Positions 31,195 through 41,586 of a DNA stretch of 64,000 nt are shown here, piece after piece. The stretch covers positions 465,284-529,283 of the forward strand of contig JBBIRK010000001.1 of NCBI GenBank assembly GCA_037441845.1. Reading direction: 5' to 3'. Under the pieces are notes generated by a model. The model made no database searches. It was not told the origin of the DNA and worked only from the letters and a program-made list of their open reading frames with translations. The stretch comes from Candidatus Zixiibacteriota bacterium (lineage in GTDB: Bacteria; Zixibacteria; MSB-5A5; UBA10806; 4484-95). Positions within the stretch are counted from its first letter, which is position 1, and each line of letters begins with the position of its first letter. A program made the translations under genes and the position numbers.

Positions 31195-32151
31195 ATGAGC
31201 AGAAAATTGATTGTCTCGGCAATAGCGTTCTTTCTATCGGCTGCAGCGGCGGCGAAAATGCCGGTCTCCACTTTTTCAATCGTAGGATATGATCCACAAA
31301 CCGGCGAATTGGGAGTGGCGGTCGCCAGTAAGTATTTCGCAGTAGGCTCGGTTGTACCTTGGGCGAAAGCAGGCGTGGGGGCGATCGCCACCCAAGCTTG
31401 GGTCAATTATGATTACGGAATTCTCGGACTCGAGCTATTGGAAAAAAGTCTGAATCCGCAGGCCGTGATCGACTCGCTGACCAAGGCGGATCCCGCGGCG
31501 GACCGCCGTCAGATCGGGGTGATAGATGCCCGTGGGAACGCCGCCACTTACACCGGTAAAAATTGTATCGCCTGGGCGGGCGGGCTGGTAGGAGAAAATT
31601 GTGCCGTGCAGGGGAATATCTTGGTTTCGGAAGACGTCGCCCGAAAAATGCTGACCGCTTTCGAGACCTCGGTCGGCGCTTTGGGCGATAGGCTCCTGGC
31701 CTCTCTTTTGGCGGGCGACAGCGCCGGCGGCGATTCGCGCGGCAGGCAATCGGCCGCACTTCTGGTGGTCCGCCCTCAGACCGGTTACCGCTACGATCGG
31801 GCGATAGATATTAGGGTCGATGATCATCCCGAGCCGTTTGCCGAGTTACGTCGTCTTTACTTGCTGGCGAAAACGCTCGGATATTTGAATACCGCATCGC
31901 AACTTTATCAGAGCGGAAATTTGAGCGGCGCCCTGACTCAGGCCAAGTTAGCGGTCGAAATCGGCCCGATGGTACCCGAAACCTACTATGATTACGCCTG
32001 CTATCTGGCGCTGTCCGGGGATACCTCCCGCGCGCTCGATAATATCGTCAAGGCGTTGCAGATGGCGCCGCATTTCAAGGGCATGGCCGAACGCGACACC
32101 GACCTGAAGAGTCTATGGGAAACGCAGCGGTTCAAGGAGGCGGTGAAATAA
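31195..32151 (+). CDS. DUF1028 family Ntn-hydrolase-like secreted protein with C-terminal TPR
   Basis: Signal peptide, then TFSIV...GVAVAS...VPW..AGVGAIATQ, GGDSRGRQSAA, DIRVDDH; YDYACYLA TPR. Confidence 0.85.
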   Translation: MSRKLIVSAIAFFLSAAAAAKMPVSTFSIVGYDPQTGELGVAVASKYFAVGSVVPWAKAGVGAIATQAWVNYDYGILGLELLEKSLNPQAVIDSLTKADPAADRRQIGVIDARGNAATYTGKNCIAWAGGLVGENCAVQGNILVSEDVARKMLTAFETSVGALGDRLLASLLAGDSAGGDSRGRQSAALLVVRPQTGYRYDRAIDIRVDDHPEPFAELRRLYLLAKTLGYLNTASQLYQSGNLSGALTQAKLAVEIGPMVPETYYDYACYLALSGDTSRALDNIVKALQMAPHFKGMAERDTDLKSLWETQRFKEAVK

Positions 32152-32250
32152 TTTTCTATGATATCCCGATTTTTAGGGAATACAGGCGGCTCAAAATCGT
32201 ATTACTTTCGTGAATGGCGATTTTCATCCACTATTTCCCGGAGGAACGAC

Positions 32251-32959
32251 ATAAGAGTGTTGATTGCAGCCCTGATGTTTCTCTGGCCGGCCGCCGCCGT
32301 CGTCCCGCAAACAGCAGCCGAAACGATCGAGCCCCCCGCATCCATAGTGAAGGTGACCTTATACGCTGACAAGGCGGCTATCACCAAGCGTTGTGAGCTT
32401 TTCTCGCTGAGGGCGGATATTCTTTTGATTTCGGTGATTCTCCGCAAAGCTTGATCGATGAATCGCCCAGGGTCTACCTCAAAGCCAAATGAAAAAATGA
32501 TTCGCAAAGCCCGCCTCTGCCGGGCAAAGCCGGTCTTTTTTATGACGGCAATTTTATCAGTTCCACCGCCGCGAAAATAATAGCTCCGGGAGAAAATTTT
32601 GAATTTACCCTGGGCGTCGATCAATCGATGAAAGCCGCTAGTAAGCTGCTGAAATGATACAAAGAAACCGCCGGAACCAAGGATTCGCGCAAGCGGATTC
32701 ATTTCGAATACCAAATCGAACTGGAAAATTATCGAAATACCGTCGAAACGGTCACCGTCATCGATCAAATCCCCATATCGGAAAATGAATCGATCAAAAT
32801 TTCTTTGGAATCGGTGTCACCCAAGCCGGTCCTCGACGGCGATAACGCAGAGGGTAAGCTCACTGGGAAAAAGCCGCTGGAGCCGGGCAGGAAAAAGGAG
32901 ATAACTTTCAAATAAGAATAGAGTGCCCGTCGGATATAAATCTACCGGGGTTGGAGTGA
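32251..32959 (+). pseudogene. Decayed DUF4140/DUF4139 (MuiA-like) gene
   Basis: GGAGG followed by ATA instead of ATG; IVKVTLYADKAAITKR N-terminus; LPGKAGLFYDG, FTLGVD, VIDQIPIS C-terminus; stops at 32490, 32655 and 32913, frameshifts and a large internal deletion. Confidence 0.75.
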
Positions 32960-33110
32960 ATCGGATTCTCGATAGGCCTGCGGGGTCGGATTCTTGAACT
33001 TTGACCGCCTGAGGTCTTGAGCGAAACCAAATAATTACGGCCTGCCGCCCAAAATATTCCGGCGCAGGCTGAATGAACCGTTACCGCGGGAAGTGCGGAG
33101 CATAATCGCC

Positions 33111-33776
33111 TCAGTCAACACGCTTGAAAACATAGCCCCCTTTTCGAGCGCCCCAAACCTGCCTGCCGTCGGCGTCGTAACCACGATCCCAGCTTATGAT
33201 CTGATTTTTGCTGATCGTAACCTCGCTGGTGGCGTAGGCCGCCCCTTTCAGATCGCTGGTGCATCCCATACTGTCGGTGCCGCCGGTGAAAGCGATACTA
33301 CCGATTTTGCGCAAAGTGACCGCGCAGCCGTCCCGCAACAACAGCGAATCGACCGTCAGCGGACCCAGCGGATCGGGCTCGGACCATTTACCCGCGAAAC
33401 GCAAAGGCTCAGGTATCGAATAAACGACGCTTTCGAAAGTGCTGTCGTCTCGCACCCGTATGTTGTAAACCCGTTGGCGATACGGCTTATCCTCGCTGCC
33501 GGCGGTCGCCTGTTCGACATACAGCCAGTAACCGTCCCGCCGCTCTTTCCATATCTGCACCGTGCGCAGTCGAATATCGAAGTAGTCGGAATCTTTTTGC
33601 GCCTGCTGAGCGCTCGAAAAATATCCCGTCATCCAGGATAACAACGTGGTTAAAGTCTGCTGGGGTGTTTCTTTCTTTGCCTTCGGCGCTTTTCTGCTTC
33701 TGGCAACCGCCTGATCGGAAGCCCAAATCGCGGCGAGACATACGACAATCACTATCAAATGCAAATTGCGTTTCAT
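33111..33776 (-). CDS. CpcT/CpeT family chromophore-lyase-like protein with signal peptide
   Basis: GYFSSAQQA, WLYVEQA, KPYRQRVY, GC...C.S...GA.YATSEV, SWDRGYD..GRQVWG...GGYVF. Confidence 0.85.
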   Translation of the reverse strand: MKRNLHLIVIVVCLAAIWASDQAVARSRKAPKAKKETPQQTLTTLLSWMTGYFSSAQQAQKDSDYFDIRLRTVQIWKERRDGYWLYVEQATAGSEDKPYRQRVYNIRVRDDSTFESVVYSIPEPLRFAGKWSEPDPLGPLTVDSLLLRDGCAVTLRKIGSIAFTGGTDSMGCTSDLKGAAYATSEVTISKNQIISWDRGYDADGRQVWGARKGGYVFKRVD

Positions 33777-33799
33777 TTGCTTCTCCATTTCCCGGCCGA

Positions 33800-33988
33800 T
33801 CAGCGCCGTCCGCTTTCGGTTTTCCGGGGCTTTGAATTCATGCTGAAAAAATCGGCTTTCGGCGCCCCGCACCGAGGACATCGCCAGCTATCAGGAAGTT
33901 TATCGAACGGCGTCCCCGGAACTACGCCAGGGGATGGATCCCCCTCCTCGGGATCATATATGTAACCGCAGAACCGACAAACGTGCAT
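33800..33988 (-). CDS. Rubredoxin
   Basis: [10 protein letters not shown]...[19 protein letters not shown]. Confidence 0.95.
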   Translation of the reverse strand: MHVCRFCGYIYDPEEGDPSPGVVPGTPFDKLPDSWRCPRCGAPKADFFSMNSKPRKTESGRR

Positions 33989-34081
33989 AGTTTCACCCTT
34001 AGCTCAAATTATCGGAATTTTGGGGGCTCACTTTGGCCGCCTTCGATGAATTCGGGCAACAGATCCTTCGAATAGGGCACA

Positions 34082-35299
34082 TCAATTTGGGCTTCCCGCA
34101 GACTCTAACAACTTGGCCGCCACCACCTTACCGTAATCGTTACAGCGGATCAGATCCTCCTCGGTGGGAACGAATTTGGCCTCCACTCCGGTTTCGACCA
34201 GCGGCAGCCTCAATTCGTTGAAAATATCCTTGATTTGACTGACCGCCTTGGGATGCCATCCGTATGAACCGAAAGCCCCGGCGATCAAATGGCGCGGTTT
34301 CAATCCTCGTAAATAGGTCAACAGATCGGCCATACGCGGCAACATTTGCCCGTTCAAAGTCGATGAGCCGACCAACAGCGCCCCGGAATCAAGCAATTCT
34401 GTGGCGATATCGCTTCGATGAGACAACGAAAGCGGCATCACTTTCGGCCTGGCGCCGCCGCTTTCCAACCCGGCCGCCACCGCATCGGCCATGATGGCCG
34501 TGCTGCCCCACATAGTATCAAAAGCGACAATCGCCTTGGTGGTAGGGCGCGGATCAGCCCAGATCGCATATTTCCGCATGATCATATCTATATCCGTATC
34601 GTTTCTCCAGATAGGCCCGTGATCGGGGGCGATGATCCGCGGCTTAAGCTCAGCGGTTTTCATCTTCTCGAGCAATTTCCCCACCAGATTCGAATAGGGC
34701 ATGAATATATTGGCAAAATATTTCGCCGCCTCATAATCGCGGACGCCGGGTTCGATCTGGTCGACATATCTTTCGCTCGATGCCCAGTGCATACCGAACA
34801 CATCGTTCGAGAACAGGATACGCTCTTCCTCCAGATAAGCGAACATGCTGTCGGGCCAATGGATCATTTTCGTTTCCATGAAACGAAGGTTCCGGCCGCC
34901 CAGCGACAGCCGTTGCCCCTCCTTGATCGGAACGATTCCGCCGCTGTGATGAAAATGAGCGGGGATATTTTGCGCCCCCGCGGACGAGGCGAAAACTTTC
35001 TCCGGATTAACGGCCGCGATAGTCTGCGGAAGACTTCCGGTGTGGTCCATTTCCGAGTGGTTGGAAATGATATAGTCGATCTCGCCGGGTTCGATCACCG
35101 AGGAAATGCGCGCCATCATCTCCTCGAAAAAACCACCTTTGACCGTGTCGATCAGCGCGGTTTTTTCGTCGATAACCAGATAGGCGTTATAAGTGGAGCC
35201 ACGCGTGGAATACCCGTGAAAATCGGCCAACCCCCAATCGACAGCCCCCACCCAGAAGACGTTTTCGCTTATTTTATGAGCCTTGAACGGCTTTCCCAT
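34082..35299 (-). CDS. fprA: Flavodiiron protein (A-type flavoprotein; O2/NO reductase)
   Basis: Metallo-beta-lactamase motifs HSEMDH, HWPDSM, FSND, PDHG plus flavodoxin motifs TMWGST, FGSYGW. Confidence 0.93.
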   Translation of the reverse strand: MGKPFKAHKISENVFWVGAVDWGLADFHGYSTRGSTYNAYLVIDEKTALIDTVKGGFFEEMMARISSVIEPGEIDYIISNHSEMDHTGSLPQTIAAVNPEKVFASSAGAQNIPAHFHHSGGIVPIKEGQRLSLGGRNLRFMETKMIHWPDSMFAYLEEERILFSNDVFGMHWASSERYVDQIEPGVRDYEAAKYFANIFMPYSNLVGKLLEKMKTAELKPRIIAPDHGPIWRNDTDIDMIMRKYAIWADPRPTTKAIVAFDTMWGSTAIMADAVAAGLESGGARPKVMPLSLSHRSDIATELLDSGALLVGSSTLNGQMLPRMADLLTYLRGLKPRHLIAGAFGSYGWHPKAVSQIKDIFNELRLPLVETGVEAKFVPTEEDLIRCNDYGKVVAAKLLESAGSPN

Positions 35300-35449
35300 A
35301 TCGACACCTCCATCGTGTCATTATTAAACTCGCGCAAACCGGCGGAAGATGCAACTCGGCGCAGATTTATTCAAGCGGAAATGGAATTTTTGTGCAGATG
35401 TCGTGTCTTCCCGAAGTCCTCGCGGTCGCCGGCGAAATCGGCCATAAAA

Positions 35450-35481
35450 TAAAAAAACAGGGGAAACGGAAATTCCCCTGT
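35450..35481 (-). terminator. Intrinsic terminator
   Basis: ACAGGGGAA...TTCCCCTGT hairpin followed on the minus strand by a T run. Confidence 0.75.
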
Positions 35482-35503
35482 CAAAACCCGATAACGATGA
35501 AAA

Positions 35504-36082
35504 CTAAAACGCCAAACCGCCCCTGATCAAGAACATCGGCCCGAATCCCATATCGTGATCATCGTTGCCGCCGGCGCCCGCACCGATTATAGCCAACTCG
35601 CCCAGCCAGGAAAGCGAGCGGGGAGAGCTGAACACGACATCACATCCGGCCCTCAGCATGAAATAATTCGAGCCGTCGGCCAGCCCCTCGATCTCCCCCA
35701 GCATTCCGTAACCTATACCGATACCCGGCTTAAAAGTCAGATTGGCGCTCTTGCTGGCGATCATCGCCTTTATGGTAAGTCCCAAATCAAGCAGCAACTT
35801 GCTTTCTTCGTAAACCGCAAGATTGTGCGCATCCAGATAAAGCCCGCCGGTTATTTTCTCGCCGAGCTTATGGTCAAGGTAACTGCCGAAACTGAAACTC
35901 ATGTCGGACTCCATATCGTATGGATAATCCTCCACCCAGAATTCCCCTCCGGTGATCAGCCCCCCTTTTACTCCCAGCACGGTGTTTTTCGAGGCGATAT
36001 CCTCGGCCTCTGCGACTTGAGCGGCGAAAATCCAAAACAAAATAAACGCCGTCAATAAAAACGCGCTTTTCATGAATCTCAT
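35504..36082 (-). CDS. Outer membrane beta-barrel protein
   Basis: Signal peptide (AEA), GVKGG first strand, C-terminal GGLAF. Confidence 0.7.
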   Translation of the reverse strand: MRFMKSAFLLTAFILFWIFAAQVAEAEDIASKNTVLGVKGGLITGGEFWVEDYPYDMESDMSFSFGSYLDHKLGEKITGGLYLDAHNLAVYEESKLLLDLGLTIKAMIASKSANLTFKPGIGIGYGMLGEIEGLADGSNYFMLRAGCDVVFSSPRSLSWLGELAIIGAGAGGNDDHDMGFGPMFLIRGGLAF

Positions 36083-36356
36083 GCTCTCTTTCCTTTACAC
36101 GTTGATTGATGTCCGCTATCGGGATCTCTTCAGGGGTTCTACTGTTTTAAAGGGATAAAGTCAAACAATTTATTTAATAAATTTTCGCCCGGGCTGGAAA
36201 AGGATATGGCAAAATAATTGTGGCGGAAAAGCGCTCAAGAACGTTTATTTTACCTGATCGTTCGAGGATGCAGCACGATTGAATGCAGACCCGTTCCGAG
36301 AGCGACAGCTTGGATTTCGAAAAGATAACGTAAAAATTGAAATAAGGAGGCAGAAA

Positions 36357-36809
36357 ATGAAATTCGGTTCGGTCAACGAGATTATCGAATTCGCGATCAA
36401 GAAAGAAGAAGAGGCATACAAGTTTTACAACGATCTTTCGAATTCCGTAAATAACCCCAACATGCGTCAGGTGTTCATGGATTTTGCCGCCCAGGAGCAC
36501 GGCCATAAGGTAAAACTGCTCAATGTAAAAGCGGGCAAAATCACAATCGGGACCGAACAAAAGGTGAAAGATCTGAAAATCGGCGATCATCTGGTGGATA
36601 TCGAAATGACCCCGGACCTCGATTACCAGCAGGCGTTGATAATCGCCATGAAAGCGGAAAAGGCGGCATACAAGTTATACCTGGACCTGGCCGCCGCCAC
36701 CGATGACGCGAATCTGAAAACGATTTTCAACGGTCTGGCTCAGGAAGAAGCCAACCACAAACTACGTTTCGAAATCGAATACGACGACCGTTTCTTCTCG
36801 GAAAATTAA
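36357..36809 (+). CDS. Rubrerythrin-like ferritin-family diiron protein
   Basis: AIKKEEEAYKFY...EHGH and AMKAEKAAYKLY...EEANH duplicated four-helix motifs; AGGAGG RBS. Confidence 0.85.
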   Translation: MKFGSVNEIIEFAIKKEEEAYKFYNDLSNSVNNPNMRQVFMDFAAQEHGHKVKLLNVKAGKITIGTEQKVKDLKIGDHLVDIEMTPDLDYQQALIIAMKAEKAAYKLYLDLAAATDDANLKTIFNGLAQEEANHKLRFEIEYDDRFFSEN

Positions 36810-37057
36810 CATTCGCGCCTAAATTTCCGGGGTCTCGCCGAAAGAGAAAACGAAACAATGGGGAAATCCGCTTTTTCGTAACGGGCGTAACAACCTTATA
36901 ACCCCGGAATTAGAAATTTCTTTTCTTTCCCATGTGATCGGCCGGCGAATCCGGTCCCGTCCGGAACCGGATCTCCGCAGGCAAAGTTAAATTTATAATA
37001 TGCCGGAGGCGGCAAGGTAATAGATAACGATCGCAAGGAAACGAAAAGGAGCACAAA

Positions 37058-37552
37058 ATGATCAGCGAGAAAATGCAGAAAGCGCTTAACGATCAGATCA
37101 ACGCCGAGATGTACTCGTCGTATATATACTGGGCTATGTCGGCCTATTTCGAAGATATCAACCTTAGGGGTTTCGCCGGCTGGATGAAGGTTCAGGCGGC
37201 GGAGGAACTCGAACACGCGCAAAAAATATATAATCATCTTATCGAACGCGGCGGTCGGGCGATCCTGCAAAAAATCGATGCCCCGCCGGTCAAATGGAAC
37301 TCGCCCCTCGACGTCTTTCAGGCGGCCTACGAGCATGAATGCATGATCAGCGGTCGGATCAACGATATAGTCGATCTGGCCAATGCCGAAAAAGACCACG
37401 CCACGGCTGTTTTCTTCCATTGGTTCGTCCAAGAGCAAGTCGAGGAAGAGGCGCAAACGCTCGACGTGGTCAATCAATTGAAGCTGGCAGGTGATTCGAA
37501 AGGCAGCCTGCTCGTGCTCGACCACCACCTCGGTAAACGAAAAGGCGAATGA
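37058..37552 (+). CDS. ftnA: Non-heme ferritin
   Basis: ALNDQINAEMYSSYIY, EELEHA, HE, WFVQEQVEEE ferroxidase residues. Confidence 0.93.
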   Translation: MISEKMQKALNDQINAEMYSSYIYWAMSAYFEDINLRGFAGWMKVQAAEELEHAQKIYNHLIERGGRAILQKIDAPPVKWNSPLDVFQAAYEHECMISGRINDIVDLANAEKDHATAVFFHWFVQEQVEEEAQTLDVVNQLKLAGDSKGSLLVLDHHLGKRKGE

Positions 37553-37597
37553 TCCCGATCCGAATATCGGAATAAATCGACGATTTCCAATAAAGAT

Positions 37598-37635
37598 GCC
37601 GCTGCGGGAAAAGTTCCCCGCGGCGGTTTTTATTT
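37598..37635 (+). terminator. Intrinsic terminator after ferritin
   Basis: CCGCTGCGGG...CCCGCGGCGG followed by TTTTTATTT. Confidence 0.75.
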
Positions 37636-37746
37636 ATAGACCGTAAACAACGCCTGTCGAAATTGACAAATACTTTGCACCCACGATGAAATTGCATTAA
37701 ATTCAACCCCCGATATTATAATAAATGAGACATAGAGAGGGTTTTC

Positions 37747-39264
37747 ATGATGATCTTTGAAAACAGGCTGCCCCGACGACAATTTCTGAAAAACTCGGCG
37801 GCGGCCGCATCAACCGCCATTTTCGGCTCATCCATTTTGGGCTTGCTCGCCCAGACCGAATGCGCCCGGCCGGCGGGCTTCGGTCTCGCGGAAGAGGAGA
37901 TCGCCGAAATTCTGAATATAGCATTGGACAAAGGCGGCGATTTTGCTGAGTTATATATCGAGGAAGTCAAATCGCTTAATTTTGCCATGCGGGAAGGTAA
38001 ATTCACCGACGCTGCTTTGGGGCAAAGCAGCGGTCTCGGGGTGCGCACGGTCGAAGATGATCGCAACGGTTACGCCTACAGCGGCAAAATCGGCGCCGCG
38101 GAGGCGATTGAGGCGGCCTCAGCCTCGGCCTACATCGCCTCGGGCTCCGCTTCTAAGACATCTGCTCCCGCCCGCATCGTGCAGCCGCCGCCGTTTATAA
38201 CCGTGAAAGTGCCTTTGCAATCGATTCCGGAAAAACGGAAATTGGAGATGGTCGCCGACGCCGAGGCGACGGCCCGCGGTCACAGCCCTTTCGTCAAGCA
38301 GGTGGATATTTCCTACTACGACGAAAACAAGAAACGGCTGATAGCCAACTCCAACGGGTTGCGGATCGAAAACGAAATACCGCTGGTCTGGGTGGTAATC
38401 GAGGTGTTCGCCGAGAAAAACGGCGTTCGCCACGTCGGCCGCGCCCGGATTTCCGGACACCAAGGATTCGAATTTTTTGAGGCCAACAGTATCACCAAGG
38501 CCGCCGCGGAAGCGGCCAGAGAGGCGGTTGCCATGCTCGAGGCCAAACCGGCACCATCGGGTCGGATACCGGTGGTGATCGAAAGCGGCTGGGGCGGCGT
38601 GTTGATTCACGAGGCGGTGGGACATGGTCTCGAGGGGGATTTTATTTACAAGGGCACTTCGATCTACGCCGACAAATTGGGCAAGAAAGTGGCCTCCGAG
38701 CAGGTAACCTTGATCGATGATTCCTCCTGGCCCAACGCCCGCGGAACAACCGTTTTCGATGACGAGGGAACTATCGGACGACGCAACGTGCTTATCGATA
38801 AAGGAACCGTCACCGGCTTCATGCACGACCTAATCTCGGCGAAAAAACTTTCGATGCAACCTACCGGCAACGGCCGCAGAGAATCATATATGCATTACCC
38901 GATTCCGAGAATGACCAACACGTTCCTCGACAACGGCACCGGCAAACCGAACGATATTATCGCGGATACGCCAAAAGGGGTTTACGTCAAGTCGCTTTCC
39001 GGCGGCTCGGTCGACACTATCTCCGGACAGTTCAATTTTATCGTGCGCGAGGCTTATCTTATCGAAAAAGGACGCCTCACTACGCCTATCCGCGGCGCCA
39101 CCCTCATAGGCCGGGGAATCGATGTGTTGACTAATATCGACGCCGTCGCCGATGACCTCAAACTCGGCGTGGGGACCTGCGGCAAGGACCAATGGGTTCC
39201 GGTTACCTCCGGTATCCCGACCTTGCGAGTGGCCGACGGCATCACAGTAGGTGGAACGGCGTAG
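37747..39264 (+). CDS. tldD: TldD metalloprotease subunit with twin-arginine signal peptide
   Basis: HEAVGHGLEGD, DDEG, TGNGRR, PRMTNT, GTCGK; N-terminal PRRQFLK plus hydrophobic stretch. Confidence 0.92.
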   Translation: MMIFENRLPRRQFLKNSAAAASTAIFGSSILGLLAQTECARPAGFGLAEEEIAEILNIALDKGGDFAELYIEEVKSLNFAMREGKFTDAALGQSSGLGVRTVEDDRNGYAYSGKIGAAEAIEAASASAYIASGSASKTSAPARIVQPPPFITVKVPLQSIPEKRKLEMVADAEATARGHSPFVKQVDISYYDENKKRLIANSNGLRIENEIPLVWVVIEVFAEKNGVRHVGRARISGHQGFEFFEANSITKAAAEAAREAVAMLEAKPAPSGRIPVVIESGWGGVLIHEAVGHGLEGDFIYKGTSIYADKLGKKVASEQVTLIDDSSWPNARGTTVFDDEGTIGRRNVLIDKGTVTGFMHDLISAKKLSMQPTGNGRRESYMHYPIPRMTNTFLDNGTGKPNDIIADTPKGVYVKSLSGGSVDTISGQFNFIVREAYLIEKGRLTTPIRGATLIGRGIDVLTNIDAVADDLKLGVGTCGKDQWVPVTSGIPTLRVADGITVGGTA

Positions 39265-39274
39265 GAGGATTGCC

Positions 39275-40600
39275 ATGAAGTTGACAGAAAAAATTATAGA
39301 TAAATGTATTCGCGCCGGCGCCGGTATGGCCGAGTGTTTCTATACCTCCAGCCGGGTGCTGAGAGTTTCCGTCCGCAACGGCCGTGTCGAATCGATAAAA
39401 AAAGCCACTCCAGAGGGAGTCGCCATAAGATATTTCGCCTCCGGGCGGATGGCTTTCGCTTATGCCAACCATGCAAGCGAATCCTCGATAGACGGCTTGA
39501 TATCCGGTCTGCGCCGCCTTGCCGACAATGCCAGCGTCGATGAGTTTTCCGTCTTGCCGAAACCCCAGCAATATCGATCCGATATCGAGATTTTCGATGA
39601 CTCTTTCATCAAGCTGGCTATCGAAGATAAAATCGATTACGTTCAAAATCTCGAAAGTGTGGCGCTGAAATTCGATCCTCTGATCACCAGATCGAACAGC
39701 GCCTGGTACGAAGAATCTCTCACCACCCGGGAAATCGCCAACTCCCTCGGCTTGGCTGCGGAATTCCAAGACACCAGCTACGCCGTCGGCTTGTCGATCG
39801 TGGCGGAAAAATCCGGCCAGATGTATCCCGGAGAAGGAACGCTCAACGTTCGCCGCTTCGGCGATCTGCCGTCTCCTGAAAATATTGTGAGCAAATTCGC
39901 CGGAAGAGCGCTAAGGCTTGTCGGGGGAACTCCGGTGGAAAGCGGGGATTACGAGGTGATTTTCTCACCGCTGGGCGCCATGTCGGTTTTATGGGGATTG
40001 AACTATGCCCTGAACGGGGAGCAAATTTATCGCGGGGAGTCGATTTTCGCCGGCAAGCTGGGGGCTCAAGTGGCCGCGGAAAGCTTCTCGGTCGTGGATG
40101 ACCCTCATCTGCCTTGGGGTCCGGCAAGCCGCCCGGCCGACGACGAGGGGGTAGCCACATCTCGTCACGTCTTGATCGACAATGGCGTATTCCGCGAGGC
40201 CCTCTACGACTCGAAAGTCGCCGCTAAAGCCAAGACCGATTCCACCGGTTCGGCCCACCGGGATTCCCTGCAATCGTTGCCGCATATCTCTCCGTCCAAT
40301 CTCTTCATAGTTCCCGGCACGAGCAAAGTCGATGATTTGATAGCCTCATGCAAGAAGGGGATAATCGTCGAGGAAACCCAGGGATGGGGACTGCATAGCA
40401 TAACCGGCCAATATTCGGCGGGGATCGCCGGAATACTGGTGAAAAACGGCAAAAGAATCCGACCCATCGGCAATGTTACCCTTGCCGCCGCGGCCGATGA
40501 TCTGCTGAATGGAATAGAGGCAGTAGCCGACGATCTTGACATTTTCAACAGTCTTAGCTCCCCGACTTTCAAAGTAAAAAGAATGAAGGTTGGTTCGTGA
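39275..40600 (+). CDS. pmbA: PmbA/TldE subunit
   Basis: TldD/PmbA fold motifs (DDP, DDEG, STGSA, SNL, TGQYS) without HExxH; directly follows tldD. Confidence 0.88.
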   Translation: MKLTEKIIDKCIRAGAGMAECFYTSSRVLRVSVRNGRVESIKKATPEGVAIRYFASGRMAFAYANHASESSIDGLISGLRRLADNASVDEFSVLPKPQQYRSDIEIFDDSFIKLAIEDKIDYVQNLESVALKFDPLITRSNSAWYEESLTTREIANSLGLAAEFQDTSYAVGLSIVAEKSGQMYPGEGTLNVRRFGDLPSPENIVSKFAGRALRLVGGTPVESGDYEVIFSPLGAMSVLWGLNYALNGEQIYRGESIFAGKLGAQVAAESFSVVDDPHLPWGPASRPADDEGVATSRHVLIDNGVFREALYDSKVAAKAKTDSTGSAHRDSLQSLPHISPSNLFIVPGTSKVDDLIASCKKGIIVEETQGWGLHSITGQYSAGIAGILVKNGKRIRPIGNVTLAAAADDLLNGIEAVADDLDIFNSLSSPTFKVKRMKVGS

Positions 40601-40647
40601 AATACGAGGGCTTAATTAGAATATCGCTTGGCGGATTAACGACGAAG

Positions 40648-41586
40648 ATGATTTGGCGGCGCTTATGCCTTTTATATCTCGAAACGATATGGGCAATCGC
40701 CATTATCGCCTTCTTGACGGCGGCTCCGGCGCTCGCCAAAAAACTTAAAGTGTCCGTATCTATCCCCCCCCAAGCGGATTTCGTGCGCAATATAGTCGGC
40801 GACAGCGTGGATATTCTGATCATGGTCCCGCCGGGATCGAGTCCGGAAACTTACGAACTCACTCCAGCGCAATTGAGGGAATTATCCGGAGCGGATGCTT
40901 ACGTCAAAATCGGCGCCGATTTCGAGTTCGAAAAAAACCTGATCGACAGGATCGGCAGAATGTATCCCGATTTGAAAATAATCGATTGCTCGGCAGGAAT
41001 CGAACTCTTGGGGGGCATCGAGGAGCATGCTGCCGAAGATTCCCATGACTCACATTTATCTGGCGCCGACACTCGACATAAACACGGCGGGAACGACCCC
41101 CATCTTTGGAATTCTCCGCGCAACGCAAAGATATTCGTGCGCAATATCGCGGCAGGATTGATAGCGGTCGATCCCGGCGACAGCGCGGTCTATCGACGGA
41201 ATGCGGCCCGCTACGAGGCGCGTCTCGATTCGCTCGATCGTTCCCTCGAATCGCTTTTGCGGCCTTTCCGCGGATCCAAATTCATCGTTTTCCATCCCGC
41301 CTGGGGGTATTTCGCGCGTGATTACGACCTTATCCAAATAGCCGTCGAAAGCGAGGGGAAAGAGCCATCGGCGGCGGAGATGATCAAATTGATAAAGCTG
41401 GCGCGAGCCGAAGACCTGAAAACGATATTCATTTCACCACAATTCAATCGCGAAAATGCAGCCGCAATCGCAAGGGAAATCGGCGGAAAAATCGAAACTG
41501 CCGACCCCCTCCCGAGTGATTTCATAGGACAAATGTTACAATTCGGAAAGAAGTTGGCGACATCATATCGGGAATCGACCCCATGA
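40648..41586 (+). CDS. znuA: Zn/Mn ABC transporter substrate-binding protein
   Basis: SPETYE, His-rich loop, DPHLWNSP, HPAWGYFARDY, EGKEPS; start uncertain (40597 or 40648). Confidence 0.88.
   Translation: MIWRRLCLLYLETIWAIAIIAFLTAAPALAKKLKVSVSIPPQADFVRNIVGDSVDILIMVPPGSSPETYELTPAQLRELSGADAYVKIGADFEFEKNLIDRIGRMYPDLKIIDCSAGIELLGGIEEHAAEDSHDSHLSGADTRHKHGGNDPHLWNSPRNAKIFVRNIAAGLIAVDPGDSAVYRRNAARYEARLDSLDRSLESLLRPFRGSKFIVFHPAWGYFARDYDLIQIAVESEGKEPSAAEMIKLIKLARAEDLKTIFISPQFNRENAAAIAREIGGKIETADPLPSDFIGQMLQFGKKLATSYRESTP

Noticed and set aside
32490..32657. In-frame TGA codons in the DUF4139-like region as selenocysteine or recoding
   Set aside because: They come with frameshifts, a lost start, a TAA stop and a deletion, which pseudogene decay explains better; TGA is a normal stop elsewhere in the window
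36825..36909. 8-bp inverted repeat (TTCCGGGG/CCCCGGAA) between the two ferritin-family genes
   Set aside because: Too short to distinguish from chance; no second copy or target duplication seen
37710..37735. Fur/PerR-like AT-rich box upstream of tldD (and similar at about 61888-61908)
   Set aside because: Only a half-site match, indistinguishable from a -10 element or AT-rich promoter DNA
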